Positions 52,010-64,000 are shown, counted from the first letter of the stretch. The stretch: 64,000 nt of DNA from Callorhinchus milii (GCF_018977255.1 NW_024704742.1:39186001-39250000); one strand, 5' to 3'. The notes: generated by a model not told the origin, from the letters alone. Made by a program: numbers and translations.

Positions 52010-54420
52010 CACATGAACGCCGCATTCTGGAAATCGTGACATTAAAGTCAGATGAGCGCCGCCGAGGCACCGATCCACATATAGCGGCGTTTGAGACGGA
52101 GCTATGATTAGTTCCCGCTCACGTCATCTTAAAATAACATTTGATCTGTGCGTATCCTCTTCCAAATCAAACCACCAAAGCTTTGCAAAACACCGTCGCT
52201 TCCTGCTATTGTAGGGTTTTTTTTCCCCCTTATATATATATATATAGATATAGATATATATATATAATTAAAACAAAGTTAGGCATTATACTGCGACTTA
52301 AACTGCATCTCGCGTCGGTTGTAGAAATCTACACATTCCCGGAACCCGCCCCACCCCCCGCGCGCGCAAAAAAAAAAAATCCCCAATCACGCAAACGGGG
52401 GGGAAAAAAAACACGAGGACTTCCACGATTCTGGACTGAAACGGCCAAAAACGTTTGCAGGAGGTTCGCGGCCGCTTCCAAGTGAGACGGGGGTTCAGTC
52501 GGTGGGAAAAGGAGCGAACGAAGGCGACTCTTTTGTTTGTTGAGAAAGCGCATCGTTGAACCATTCGCTCGCGGTGCGCGTTCATTGCCGACACTCACAC
52601 AACACACACACACACACACACACACTGTGCTCAAAACTTTCGGACCAGGACCAGAGGGGTGGGGGGTGGGGGGGGCGGTGTTTTTTTGGGGGTGTTTTTT
52701 TTGGCGGGAGAGGTTTTTTTTTTGGGGGGAGAGGTTTTTTTGGGGGGTTTTTTTTGGGGTGGGATTTTTTTTGGAGTGTTTTTTGGGGGTGGGTTTTTTT
52801 CGGGGGGGGGTTGAAGGTGTGGGGGGGGGGGGGAGGGTTGGAAATAACACAGCGATCGCTTGAGCTATTGGAAACACGCGGAGGCTGTATCCCTGCGCGC
52901 ATATCAAGTAGTGCAAAGCGGGTCCCTTTGGGCAAATCAGAAATAACTCGAATTCCTACTTTATTTTTTTTTAAAAAACACAACAACAACAACACCCCCC
53001 CTCTCCCCTTTCTCCCCCCCCCCTCCCCATCCTCCCCAATCTATGGCGTCGGTGCAAAAAAAAAATAAACCCAACGGAGATGGCAAAGCCGCTTTGACAT
53101 ATGGCTTTTTTGTTCCCCCGTTTCGCTCTCAGCGAACGAACTCTTTTGATGCCGAGAGATGGAATGACGACACGTTTCCAGCTGCACATCCTGCGCCGCA
53201 CCACCACCTCCTCCTCCTCCACCACCACCGCCTCTCTCTCTCCCTCTCTCCCTCTCTCTTTCTTTCTATATATGTGTGTGTGTGTGCGAGAGAAACCCGG
53301 ACACACACACACACAGAGAGAGAGAGAGAAAAAAAACCTTTTCCCCGTAACCGCACACAAAAGAGAGAAGAGACAGAAAAAAAATGAGTTAAAATGGCGC
53401 GTTGGGGTGCGGGGGGGGGTGTGCATGCGGGGGGGACCGTGATTGACTCGTGTTTTGCTGGTTGTCATGATTGAAGGAGGAGAAGGAGGAGGAAGAAGAA
53501 GAAGAAGAAGAAAAGCAGTTGCGTTTGCATTCCGCGAGTTTTGCCGCTACGCCATCCGAACAGCGCGAAGTGAGTACTTTTGTAACGGGTCCCCGGTGGC
53601 GGTGCGAGTTCAGGGGCTGCGGAGACAAGTGGCAGCTTTGTTTCTCCGCGCACTGTCGGCGAGAGGAGGAGGAGGAGGAGAAGAGGAGAGAGAGACAGAC
53701 AGACAGAGAGAGAGAGAGTGACTAGTTTTTAGCTTAAAAACCCGGGAGCCCCTTTTTTGATACTTTTTTGTTCCTTTTGCAAAGAGACGTGGATGCAAAC
53801 GTGAGTGAGTGAGTGAGTGAGGGCTGTGATGTGATGTGATGGAGGTTGGCAGTGTGTGTGTGTGGGGGGGGGGGGGGCTCTGTCATGGCTGAGGACGTGT
53901 AGCAGCGGCAGTAGATTTCTACTTGTTTTCCAGACGGTCACGAGGCAGCCAATCGGGTACTCGTGCTGTAGCTCAGCTCAGCCCTGGCCTGGCCCTGGCC
54001 CTGGCCTGGCCCGAGCAAACCATAGCAACCGCTCAATAGAAAGATGTCTTCGCTCTGCCTCTGCCACACAGGGTGGGGGTGGTGGGTGGTGGGGGGTACA
54101 GTTTCGTTCGCTTATTGGCGCCCGTCGCTTCCCATCGATTCGTTGCAAAGCCTTGTCCTGCCATGTCGTGGCGATCTCTTCTTTGCATTGCTCATAGGGG
54201 GTGGGGGGGCGGCGGATAAACCCATTAGGGTTTTCAACCCTAACTGCATTGGGGGCGTTCAAGCGCTTCACCTGCTTTGGGGAAGCCGTGTTGGGCGTCT
54301 CGTTCTCCAGCCGCTGTGGATCAGAGGAGAGTATAGTTTGGGTTTAGACGGGGAAAGGGAGTCGGTGACAAACGGTGAGATTGCTCAGCCAAAGCAGTTC
54401 ACACGAATGTAAGACGGCTT
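52010..54420. promoter_or_regulatory. Second CpG island, promoter-like, gene not identified
   Basis: CpG-rich and free of recognisable TEs. CCAAT boxes near 53949 (+) and 54114 (-), RFX half-site CCATAGCAAC at 54020-54029, and polypurine and poly-G tracts typical of 5' gene ends. Confidence 0.75.
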
Positions 54421-55929
54421 AACTTTTTTTTGAAAAAAAAACAGCACCAAAGTTATAATTAAATCTCACATTTTCTATTGTGAACCATCCACTGCGGTTT
54501 ACGTTATCGTACTATACATTACGTAGCAAGTAATTGATGCCCCGGGAGTTCTTACAAGGAGTCAAGACAACACGATGGTTACCATCTTAACCCCCACAAT
54601 TATAACCTTGAATTTATTCCAAGTTATCCATCATTTTATAATGTATCCCATAGGGCAGATTTGATCCCTTTTTAAATAAATTTTGATTACTGTAGATGTT
54701 GCTTCAGACAGGTTCCAGTGTGTTCAATGTCACTACAATGTAGTGACATACGTTATCATGGATTAATGATGGTAATGCAATGGTTGCAAGATTTGAACCA
54801 TGGTACCTTCTTGGGTATCAATTGTTTATTATTACATATCCATGGTTCAAATGAAGTGAGTTATCATCAGGAATTTGACACTTTCTTTGTCACCAAATTG
54901 CATGATGAATGCACATGGGTATCCCAAGTTTCTGTATTCCTTTTGGAAGACAGTGATGTATTTTGGAAAATAATAGCAAGCACTAGCAGACCCAGACTAT
55001 CTCATCCAGGTGGCTGTTCTTCATGAGTGAAACTGGACAGTGAGCATTTGTAGACCAGGCTGCAGGGTTCATAGCCCAGGCCATTTTTTCATTGACAGGT
55101 GTCAACCAATGTTCACTTTCTTTTTCAAAATTAATCATCTGCACAATGTTGGGGTTGAGCCAAGTTTTGTTCACGTTCTGAAGAAATGTGGTTGACAACA
55201 TACTTCAAGAAATTTTAGTTCAGTAAATACATCTAGCCAATGTAAAGGATGAGACATATTGGAGCAAAGATTCAGTGAATTATTCAGTGCATCCTAGGGT
55301 ATGTGAATTAATGTAACGCATGTAGGGATGGTCTTGTGTTATTGTAATGTGTAAATGATGCACCTTTAAAGAATGAAAAAAAAACCCGATCAGGTCTGAG
55401 TACCTTATTGACAGATTGGGGAAAACATTTTGGAAAATGAAACATGAAATGTGGGATTTAGAAAATAAGACTTTACAAGACATGTGCCTAGTCAATACAT
55501 CTATGGTGCTGAGAGCTTAACTCTGAGAAGTAAGAAGTAAAAACGTTATGCTTTTGAAATTAGCAGTGCAAGGAGAATTTTAATCAGTTAGTAGAATGAA
55601 GGGACCAATATTGAGGTCACAATAAGACACGTATAACAGCGATGGAAATAGGACTGCATAAGTGTATGAGGATGAAACAGGGTTGGCAGATTACTATCAG
55701 GATAGACCTGATAGGTTAGGCCTTTTTGTCCTAGAGAAGAGACATTTAAGGGGGGCACCTAATAGAAATGTTTAACATTATAAAAGGGTTCAGTAAGGTT
55801 GACATAAATAGGCTATTTCCATTGATTGGGGAGTCCCACAGGAAATGATGATGATTCCAACAGTGAAAAGAGTAAATGTACATCCAACATTGAGATGGTG
55901 GAACTATGTGAAGAAATATCTCAAGGATG

Positions 55930-56530
55930 AGATACATCAATGTACATCAATGGCAAGATCTTGTAGCATCTAGAGCCAGTGTATGAATCATTGGTGAGCC
56001 CATACTTAGAGTACTGTTCACACTTCTGGCCGCCACAGTACAAAAAGGATATTGGAGAAATCGAGAAGATACAGAGGAGGGCAACCAAAATGATTGAGGT
56101 AGTGGAAGGATTGGACTATGAGGAGCGACTAAGTAAACTGGGCATGTTCACGCTGGAAAAGAGAAGTTTGAGAGGCAACATGATTGCTGTCTTTAAGATT
56201 CTAAAGGAGCTAAACAATAAAGGTCATGACAGGCTGTTTCAACTTGTCCTGAATGGTAAAACCAGAGGGCATGGCCTGCGATTGAAGGGGGGTAAACTCA
56301 GAACGAATCTACGCAAACACTATTTCAGTGAGCGAATAGTGAACCTGTGGAACAGGCTCCCTAGGGAGATGATTGAAGCAGGAATTGCTGATTCTTTCAA
56401 ACACAAATGAGATAGTTTTCTTTTAGAAAATAACATTATGGGATACAATACATAGGTAGTTTGGGACATATGTATATGCGACCGCCAGTAAAGTGGAAGG
56501 CAAACTAGATGGACCTTGGTCTTTTTTCGT
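55930..56530 (+). mobile_element. CR1 LINE 3' end
   Basis: ORF 55979-56410 (YESLVSPYLEYCSHFWPP...IEKIQRRATKMI...RKHYFSERIVNLWNRLP); ttcttatg tail. Confidence 0.92.
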
Positions 56531-58394
56531 CTAGCATTTCTTATGTTCTTATGGTAGCTATATTCTGTATAGTTTCTAATATATATATTTGTGATTGTTG
56601 AGAATGAATCGAAAGTTCAAATATGCAAATCAGTGGCTTAACCAACACAGGATCTTTTTGTGCATGACTTCTGTATACATGAAGAAGTGGCTGACAAGTT
56701 TTGCATGTTCATGAATGCCAGATGCTTGTCAAATTGGTTAATATTTTGCTTATATAAAAGCTTGTTTCAACGAAACAGCAAAACTTGATGTTGTATTAAA
56801 AAGGAAGCTACTGTACAAATATGTTGTTTACTAAAATCTGGTAAAGAAGACAACATAAGTTTGAGTAATAATAAAGCACATATTGTGTTCCAACACGTTT
56901 TGAAAATGGTATTATATTCTGGAATTTTCTTTGAATTTTTCTTTATACACTTACCCTTTTATTCCTCAGAAAAATGCGTGAAAATGCATTTTCCAGCAGA
57001 AAGTGATATATTTTCGCTCTTCAGTGTCAAGCAGCAAAATGTTTGCTATGAGAGATACGAGCCAACAAGGTGCGTTGGGCATTTTGTTAGCTCGAAAGCA
57101 TACGGATGCTTTGTGATGTGGACCTTGCAGAACCCTCAGAGGTGGTTATTAGTTGTCAGTTACCATGGTTACAGCTGGTGTTTGCTTGCTGCTGAGTGCC
57201 AGCATACAGCTGTTCTGATTTTTTTTAGTTTCCAATGGCTTGAGAGAAAGTAGTTCTGGTCAAGATGTAATCTCACATATATAGAATAAATTTAATATCT
57301 TACACAGATGTGACAGCTATTTATCGCATGGTGGTCCTGCCCACTTGCATTTGCTGAAGCAAAATCTGTTCGGAATCAATGCTATTGACCGTTTAAAAAC
57401 AGCTGTTTTGAACCGCTTTACAGGTTAGGTTTTACAGTTTCGCTTTACAAGGTTGGCATAGCATAAATGTATGATCACTGAAAAATGGAACAAAACCTAC
57501 AGTGGAGAATAACTGATTCTGGTATTGATACAGATAGGTTAGACGTAGACAAAGCAAAATTGTTGTGGTTGGACATCTCATTTTTGATATCTTGTAACAT
57601 TCATCAAACTCATATTTGATTTACAGGAGTAATTAATTGAGAAATTATATTTTCTTGAATATACACCCACTAGGACATAAAATGGTCTCTGATTGCGATT
57701 CCTATGTATTCCTGGTATGTATTGTTATGTATTCCTCCAAATATTTTTGATTATAAACACTATTGAGAATATTGCAATTGCCTTTTGCTATATATTAAGT
57801 ATTTGCAGGGATCACATCCAGGCCATTATTTTCAAAGATAATTTGCTTGTCATTTATTTGACTCATCTAGATGATTCATTTAGATAATTCATCTGGATAA
57901 TTCCTAGCTACAACTCTGGTTGCTTGAAGCATTAGTGCAGAATTAAAGTGTTGTTCTCGTGTCACAGACATGCAGCAGTTTAAATTATTTCATGCTGACT
58001 TTAAGTGATAAAAACTCCATATTTAAGCTATTTTGCAACAATAACTGCAAGTCTGTAGGAAAATTGATGTTAATACCAGTTTCATTCAAAACACAATGAT
58101 TCATTTTTATTAGTCATAACAAGTAGAGTCTTGCAAATTGCAGAATGCTATTAGTATAATGTCATCGTAGGCAGCTTGCAGTCAGTGTTATGTTAACGAC
58201 ATCCTTTGTTCACTAAAAAGGCTCACCTTAATAAATGTGGTTATATTATAATAACATCTAGAAACTTGTGATGGCTTGTTTATATGGGATTTAAATCTTC
58301 ATTTAAAAACTGGTAAATCCTACAAACTGTGCATGTTTATTTTCATAGGCAGAAGTATAGTTAATGTGAGATAAAATCCTACCCAATCCAATGT

Positions 58395-58820
58395 ATTAAA
58401 ATTTCAGTTCAGTCTGAATTAGGTATAATGCTTTAAAAAAATAGAAGGTTATAAATATGCACCATTGAATTAAGGTAACTGATTACTTTCCCGCAGCACA
58501 TGTTTTTAAGGAAACTATGCTGAAGAAAAGAATTGGAACATGATTACTTCCGATGTGATGCTTGAAATTCAACCATTGGTATATGTCTACTGAATATTAT
58601 AACACCATGTTTCCAGGACTCAATTAAAGTATCATAAGGTGGAGCAGTGTCACAAATAAGAGCAGTCCATCAAATACAAGTTTCAATATATTCTTCAGCA
58701 TAATTTCCTTACAAACATGCTGCAAGAAAATAGACCAATTATCTTAATTCAATGGAGCACATTTATGACCAACTACTATCTATTATACCCATATCTGATT
58801 GAATTGAAATTTTAGTGAGA
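58395..58820. repeat. Long imperfect inverted repeat (arms about 150 bp, spacer about 130 bp)
   Basis: Left arm ataaatatgcaccattgaattaaggtaactga...catgtttttaaggaaactatgctgaagaa matches the reverse complement of the right arm, ataaatgtgctccattgaattaagataattgg...catgtttgtaaggaaattatgctgaagaa. Confidence 0.85.
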
Positions 58821-59239
58821 CTTCAGGACTATCTGCATTATACTCTAAAAAGGTGCTGATTTGATTCTCAGTCAGTCAAAGCTCTCTTCTGACTGACTTG
58901 GAGCACTTGAATTTGTGATTTTGCACCTCATCTGATCGAGTTTGCTTTCCCATCCCCGTTCTGGTTATGTTGAATAACTTTTCTGTCTCTGATTCAATGA
59001 CAGAATAGTGAAAACGTGGGGATTCTGTTTTCATCTTTGGGCCTTGCAGACTGTTTCCATTCCTGAAATATCTCTTCTTTATTCAAGTAGTTCTATGTGT
59101 TTATGTAATTTTTGGGGGTATTAATACACTAATATATCAGTTTTGAGTACAATTTACAAAGAAATTTATAAAGAACAAATTACATTTGTATAGCGCATTT
59201 CACGCCGGGAGCAAGTCCCAATGTGCTGGACAGTCAAAG

Positions 59240-60130
59240 ATTTGGCCTGTTTCCCTGCTGTAGGCCACATGACCTAATCTGTCCATGCTTATACTGCTTA
59301 TAATCTGTTTATACTCCACATGAGTCAACACCCATTCCTTTACTCCCTCCCAAATCCTTCTCCTTTCCCTCATGTGAAAGTCAAGCTTCCTCTTTAATGT
59401 ATCTTTACCATCGTATTCAATCACTGTTTCGGGCAGCAAGTTCCACAATCTCACTTCCCACTGCATGAAGTAGTTCCTCCTAAATTCTCTTTTTGATTGA
59501 ATAGTCGCTGTTGTATATTTGTGTCCCCTGGTTATTGACTCCGCAATCAATGGAACAGCCTATTTATGTTAATCTTATCAAATCATTTTATAATTTAAAC
59601 ACTTCTATTAAGTCGTTCCACCCCTCCCCCCAATGTCTCTTCTCCAGTGAAAAAAGGCCAAACCTATTCAGTTTATCCTGACAGCATTAACCTACCAGCC
59701 CTAGTGTTATCCTCGTAATACCCACCTCATACTCTTCCCATTGCTGCTGTATTCTTTCTTATAGTGTGGGAATCAGAATTGGACACAATGCTCCAAATGT
59801 GGTCTAACTAAGGTTTTGTAATACTTTCAACATCATCTCCTCACTTTTATATTCTATCCTCTGCATATAAACCCCAACACCCCATTGGCCTTTTTATAGC
59901 CTTACCTACCAATGAAGCTACTTTTAGAAATTTGTGGATCTGATTCCTCAGATCTCTTTGCTCCTCTACACTTGTGTTCCTATCATCTAGACCAGGGATA
60001 CTCAACCAAGTATCACCGGCATGACAATTCTAGGCATATGTAAAGCGGCCCTGATCTAGACTATAGATTACTTTTTTACTTTTCCTACTAAAGTGAATTA
60101 CTTTTGCATTTTCATACATTAAACTTCACA
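59240..60130 (-). mobile_element. CR1 LINE fragment
   Basis: TRGHKY...RRNYFMQWEVRLWNLLPE; the ccacatttggagcattgtgtccaattctg segment is PHLEHCVQF-like. Confidence 0.8.
59993..60053. mobile_element. 61-bp hAT (Charlie-like) remnant inside CR1
   Basis: Ends CAGGG...CCCTG, flanked by a perfect 8-bp direct repeat ATCTAGAC (59985-59992 and 60054-60061). Confidence 0.8.
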
Positions 60131-61509
60131 ATATAGTCTTCCATAGTCATATTGGCTGTTGCAGTTACAAGCAACATTTGTTGCTCAAGCATTTCTTCAA
60201 GTTTCTTTGCTTTCTCATAAATATCTTTGAGAAAGTTTCAGCTCCTTAACCTGTTTGCATTTGGAGCAGACTACCCTACTTTCCCCACCCCTCCTAATTA
60301 GTCTAAATGTGTACATTTTTCACAAAATAGTCTCCCTTTCTCAAGATTTCTCATTTTCTTCTATTTATCCCTCCTTGCTTCCAGGTATCTTTTTACCTGC
60401 TTCTAACACCTCTTTGTCACTTAACTACTTACTATTAATATGTTAATTTGCTGAGTTGTGGGAAACTGGTTAGTAATAATAATAGCCATTAGCTGCTGAT
60501 TACATTCAATTTTCAGAAACTGGAGTTACCATCCTATTTTGGATGATGTTGCTCTTATACCGTACTCCTCCTTTCTAGCCTTCCAAATGGCCACCTGGGC
60601 TTTTCCAAAAATGCTAATGTTTTCTTTGTTTTTTGTAAACTGTTGTAAAAACTACACTTCTCTGCCCCACCCCCACCACTACTATCCCTAGAACGACAGA
60701 AATTGACATCACAGCAACAGAGTTATGAAGTATAGCTTCACTAGGATGATCCAGGAAAATGGAGATACAGTTAATGAGGATAAGTTCAAAATATTGGAGA
60801 TGTTTTTGATGAAACAGAGAAAATTAATCGAGATCATATAGAGGCATTCAGTAGTCTGAAGAATGTTGATGCGTTAGCAAAAGAATATTCGGCGAGGTTT
60901 AATTCCTAGTACTCTTGTGTCTAAGTCAGAAAGTTGTGGGTTCAAGCCCCATGTCTGGGCTTTGAATTCATAGTTTAGTCTGAGGCTCCAACATGTTGTT
61001 GGAAGTGACTTGTAATCATCAGAAATACATACCCACCTTTGTATGAGATGTTAAATCAAGGTCCTGTCTGCCTGTTCAAGTTGACTTTTGAGTTTCCAAG
61101 GCAAGACACTCCAGGTGTCCAATACTGGTATTTTTCACTCCAGGTCGTGATCTTTAAATTGTTTCTTGAGTGTGTGTAAGTAGGTTTGAAACCTTTTTTT
61201 TTCACACAAGTGCAGTTCTGCCCGTACTGCTGCATTTTTGCTAAATTTGGGAGATTTGATTGCCGTAGAGCCGAAGTCAAATTGCATGACCTCAGTCGGG
61301 AGATGTGATGGCGTTGGTAAGACCGTCTTGTTGTGAGACGGGTCCCCGGGTTGTGCTGCTGTACCTGTGTCTGTGAGATGGGGTCCGGTTGAAACCCGAC
61401 TTGTTGCTGTGACCTGTGGTCGGGGTTGGAGGTTGGCTTCCTGCTGTTTTATGGGCTTCGGGTTGATGCCGTTTACTGTGTAACGCTGCTCCGGGTAGTA
61501 TTCTGGCGT

Positions 61510-62200
61510 GTGTGATGGGTTAGTGTTGGATGCTGACTTGCTGCGGTGTGACTGATGACTTAGTATTAGATGTAGACTTGTTGCTGTGTTGATGGGGTTA
61601 GTATTAGATGTAGACTTGTTGCTGTGTGATGGGGTTAGTATTAGATGTAGACTTGTTGCTGTGGGTGGGGTTAGTATTAGATGTCGGCTTGTTACTGTGG
61701 GGTGGGGTTAGTATTAGATGTCGGCTTGTTGCTGTGTTGATGGGGTTATTATTAGAAGTCGGCTTGTGTGATGGGGTTAGTATTACATGTCGGATTGTTG
61801 CTGTGTTGATGGGGTTAGTATTACATGTCGGCTTGTTGCTATGTTGAAGGGGTTAGTATTAGATGTCGGATTGTTGCTATGTTGAAGGGGTTAGTAGTAG
61901 ATGTCGGCTTGTGTGATGGGGTTAGTATTAGATGTCGGCTTGTGTGATGGGGTTAGTATTAGATGTCGGCTTGTGTGATGGGGTTAGTATTAGATGTCGG
62001 CTTGTGTGATGGGGTTAGTATTAGATGTCGGCTTGTGTGATGGGGTTAGTATTAGATGTAGACTTGTTGCTGTGTTGAAGGGGTTAGTATTAGATGTAGA
62101 ATTGTTGCTATGTTGATGGGTGAGTATTAGATGTAGACCCGTTGCTGTGTGATGGGGTGAGTATTAGATGTAGACCTGTTGCTGTGTGATGGGGTTGGTG
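61510..62200. repeat. 31-36-bp minisatellite (gatggggttagtattagatgtcggcttgtgt)
   Basis: About 20 tandem units, with and without a tgctg/tgcta insertion. Confidence 0.93.
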
Positions 62201-62310
62201 TCAGTTGTCGGTTTGCTGTTGGCTGTCGGTAGATTTCTACTCTGTTGCTGACAACCGATGGGAGTTGTCGGTGGATGGTGATGTGAAAGTGATCGCCGTG
62301 TGGCCATGAA

Positions 62311-62533
62311 GAGTGTGTGTGTGAGAGAGAGAGAGAGGGAGTGTGAGAGAGAGAGATGGAGTGTGAGAGACAGAGGGAGTGTGTGTGTGAGAGAGAGGGA
62401 GAGAGGGAGTGTGTGAGAGAGAGATGGAGTGTGAGAGACAGAGGGAGTGTGCGTGTGAGAGAGAGGGAGAGAGGGAGTGTGTGAGAGAGAGATGGAGTGT
62501 GAGAGACAGAGGGAGTGTGTGAGAGAGAGAGAG
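62311..62533. repeat. (GA)n/(GT)n compound repeat with a higher-order period near 60 bp
   Basis: Read directly from the sequence. Confidence 0.9.
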
Positions 62534-62784
62534 GGGGTGGGGGGGGGGCGCTCATCACATCCCAGCTGAACACATGCAGTAAAGGAGCAGCTGACAGCAG
62601 CCCCCGCACTCTTATTGTACCCAATAACAATCCTAAAATCAACACCTGGGAAGTGAACTGTGTTTAGTATCTGAGGGTTGCAAACACTGGGTACGTTTTT
62701 TTCTCTCTCCATCGACCTCTCTCCTCTTCCTCTCTCTGGTTGTTGAATCGGGGACTGTAACTTTTATTAGTTGTGTGAAGATGG

Positions 62785-63445
62785 CTGCGCTGGGCTGAGC
62801 TGGGCTGGGTTTAGCTGGGCTGACATGGGCTGATCTGAGCTAGGCTGGGCTGTGCTGATCTGAGCTAGGCTGGGCTGTGCTGATCTGAGCTAGGCTGGGC
62901 TGTGCTGATCTGAGCTAGGCTGGGCTGTGCTGATCTGAGCTAGGCTGGGCTGTGCTGATCTGAGCTAGGCTGGGCTGTGCTGATCTGAGCTAGGCTGGGC
63001 TGTGCTGATCTGAGCTAGGCTGGGCTGTGCTGATCTGAGCTAGGCTGGGCTGTGCTGATCTGAGCTAGGCTGGGCTGTGCTGATCTGAGCTAGGCTGTGC
63101 TGATCTGAGCTAGGCTGGGCTGTGCTGATCTGAGCTAGGCTGGGCTGTGCTGATCTGAGCTAGGCTGGGCTGTGCTGATCTGAGCTCGGCTTATCTGACC
63201 TAGGCTAAGCTGGGCTCGGTTTAGCTGGGCTTGGCTGGTGTGGGCTGGGCTGGTGTGGGCTGGGCTGGTGTGGGCTGGGCTGGTGGCTGGGCTGGTGGCT
63301 GGGCTGGTGTGGCTGGCTGGTGTGGGCTGGGCTGGTGTGGGCTGGGCTGGTGTGGGCTGGGCTGGTGTGGGCTGGGCTGGTGTGGGCTGGGCTGGTGTGG
63401 GCTGGGCTGGTGTGGGCTGGGCTGGTGTGGGCTGGGCTGGGCTGA
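62785..63445. repeat. Pentamer-based satellites: 25-bp unit gctgggctgtgctgatctgagctag (about 14 copies), then 15-bp unit gctggtgtgggctgg
   Basis: Read directly from the sequence; the units are nearly homogeneous. Confidence 0.95.
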
Positions 63446-63534
63446 ACTGCTCTCTGGTTTTCCATTGCCACCAGTAAAGCACCTCGGCTGGGGCCGGTGT
63501 GGACGTTCTGTACAGGAGCGCGGGGGAGTGGGAA

Positions 63535-64000
63535 GCACAAAGCCCTCCCCCCCCCCCGTGCACAAAGCCCTCCCCCCCCGCGCACAAAGCCCTCCCCCCC
63601 GCGCGCAGTGCCCGCCCCTCCCCACGCGCAAAGTCCACCCTCCCCACGCGCAAAGTCCACCCTCCCCACACACAAAGTCCACCCTCCCCATGCACAAAGT
63701 CCACCCTCCCCACGCACAAAGCCCCCTCCCCACGCACAAAGCCCACCGCCCCATGCACAAAGCCCACCCCCCCACGCACAAAGCCCACCCCCGCGCGCAC
63801 AAAGCCCACCCCCCCGCGCGCAAAGTCCACTTTCCCCCCCCGCGCACAAAGCCTACCTTCCCCCCCGCACACAAAGCCCACCCCCCCACGCACAAAGCCC
63901 ACCCCCCACGCACAAAGCCCACCCCCCCACGCACAAAGCCCACCCCCCCATGCACAAAGCCCACCCCCCACCACGCACAAAGCCCACCCCCCCCCATGCA
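63535..64000. repeat. C-rich minisatellite of about 21 bp (cacaaagcccacccccccacg), running off the window end
   Basis: Read directly from the sequence. Confidence 0.93.

Noticed and set aside
52141..54412. Many overlapping ORFs in the second CpG island
   Set aside because: They are low-complexity products of homopolymers and microsatellites on both strands, with no recognisable domain.
61510..62200. CRISPR-like array of repeats of about 31-36 bp
   Set aside because: The units are head-to-tail with no unique spacers and no cas genes, in vertebrate DNA. They are also not TTAGGG telomeric repeats.
63135..63997. Long ORFs of 214-281 aa
   Set aside because: They are stop-free translations of GC-rich tandem repeats in several frames.

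Overview
Vertebrate genomic DNA, most likely a cartilaginous fish. This is inferred from the CR1/L2 LINE and tRNA-headed Deu-domain SINE repertoire. The window holds a complete 15-exon WDR1 (AIP1, actin-interacting protein 1) gene on the minus strand: ATG at 30396, stop at 9294, CDS 1830 nt, 609 aa. It has a CpG-island promoter, and intron 9 is a U12-type AT-AC minor-spliceosome intron. Upstream, a second CpG island (about 52.0-54.4 kb) is followed on the minus strand by splice-site candidates, a 68-codon ORF in strong Kozak context and a 2.5-kb repeat-free 3'UTR-like tract. This suggests an unidentified micropeptide or lncRNA gene. The remainder is intergenic DNA with CR1, L2 and other LINE relics, young and old SINEs, two small hAT elements with 8-bp TSDs, several nested insertions, a long palindrome, a templated duplication and a stack of GC-rich satellites at the right end. 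Nearly all ORFs in the supplied track are repeat-derived or low-complexity. Repeat boundaries and percent identities were estimated by eye.
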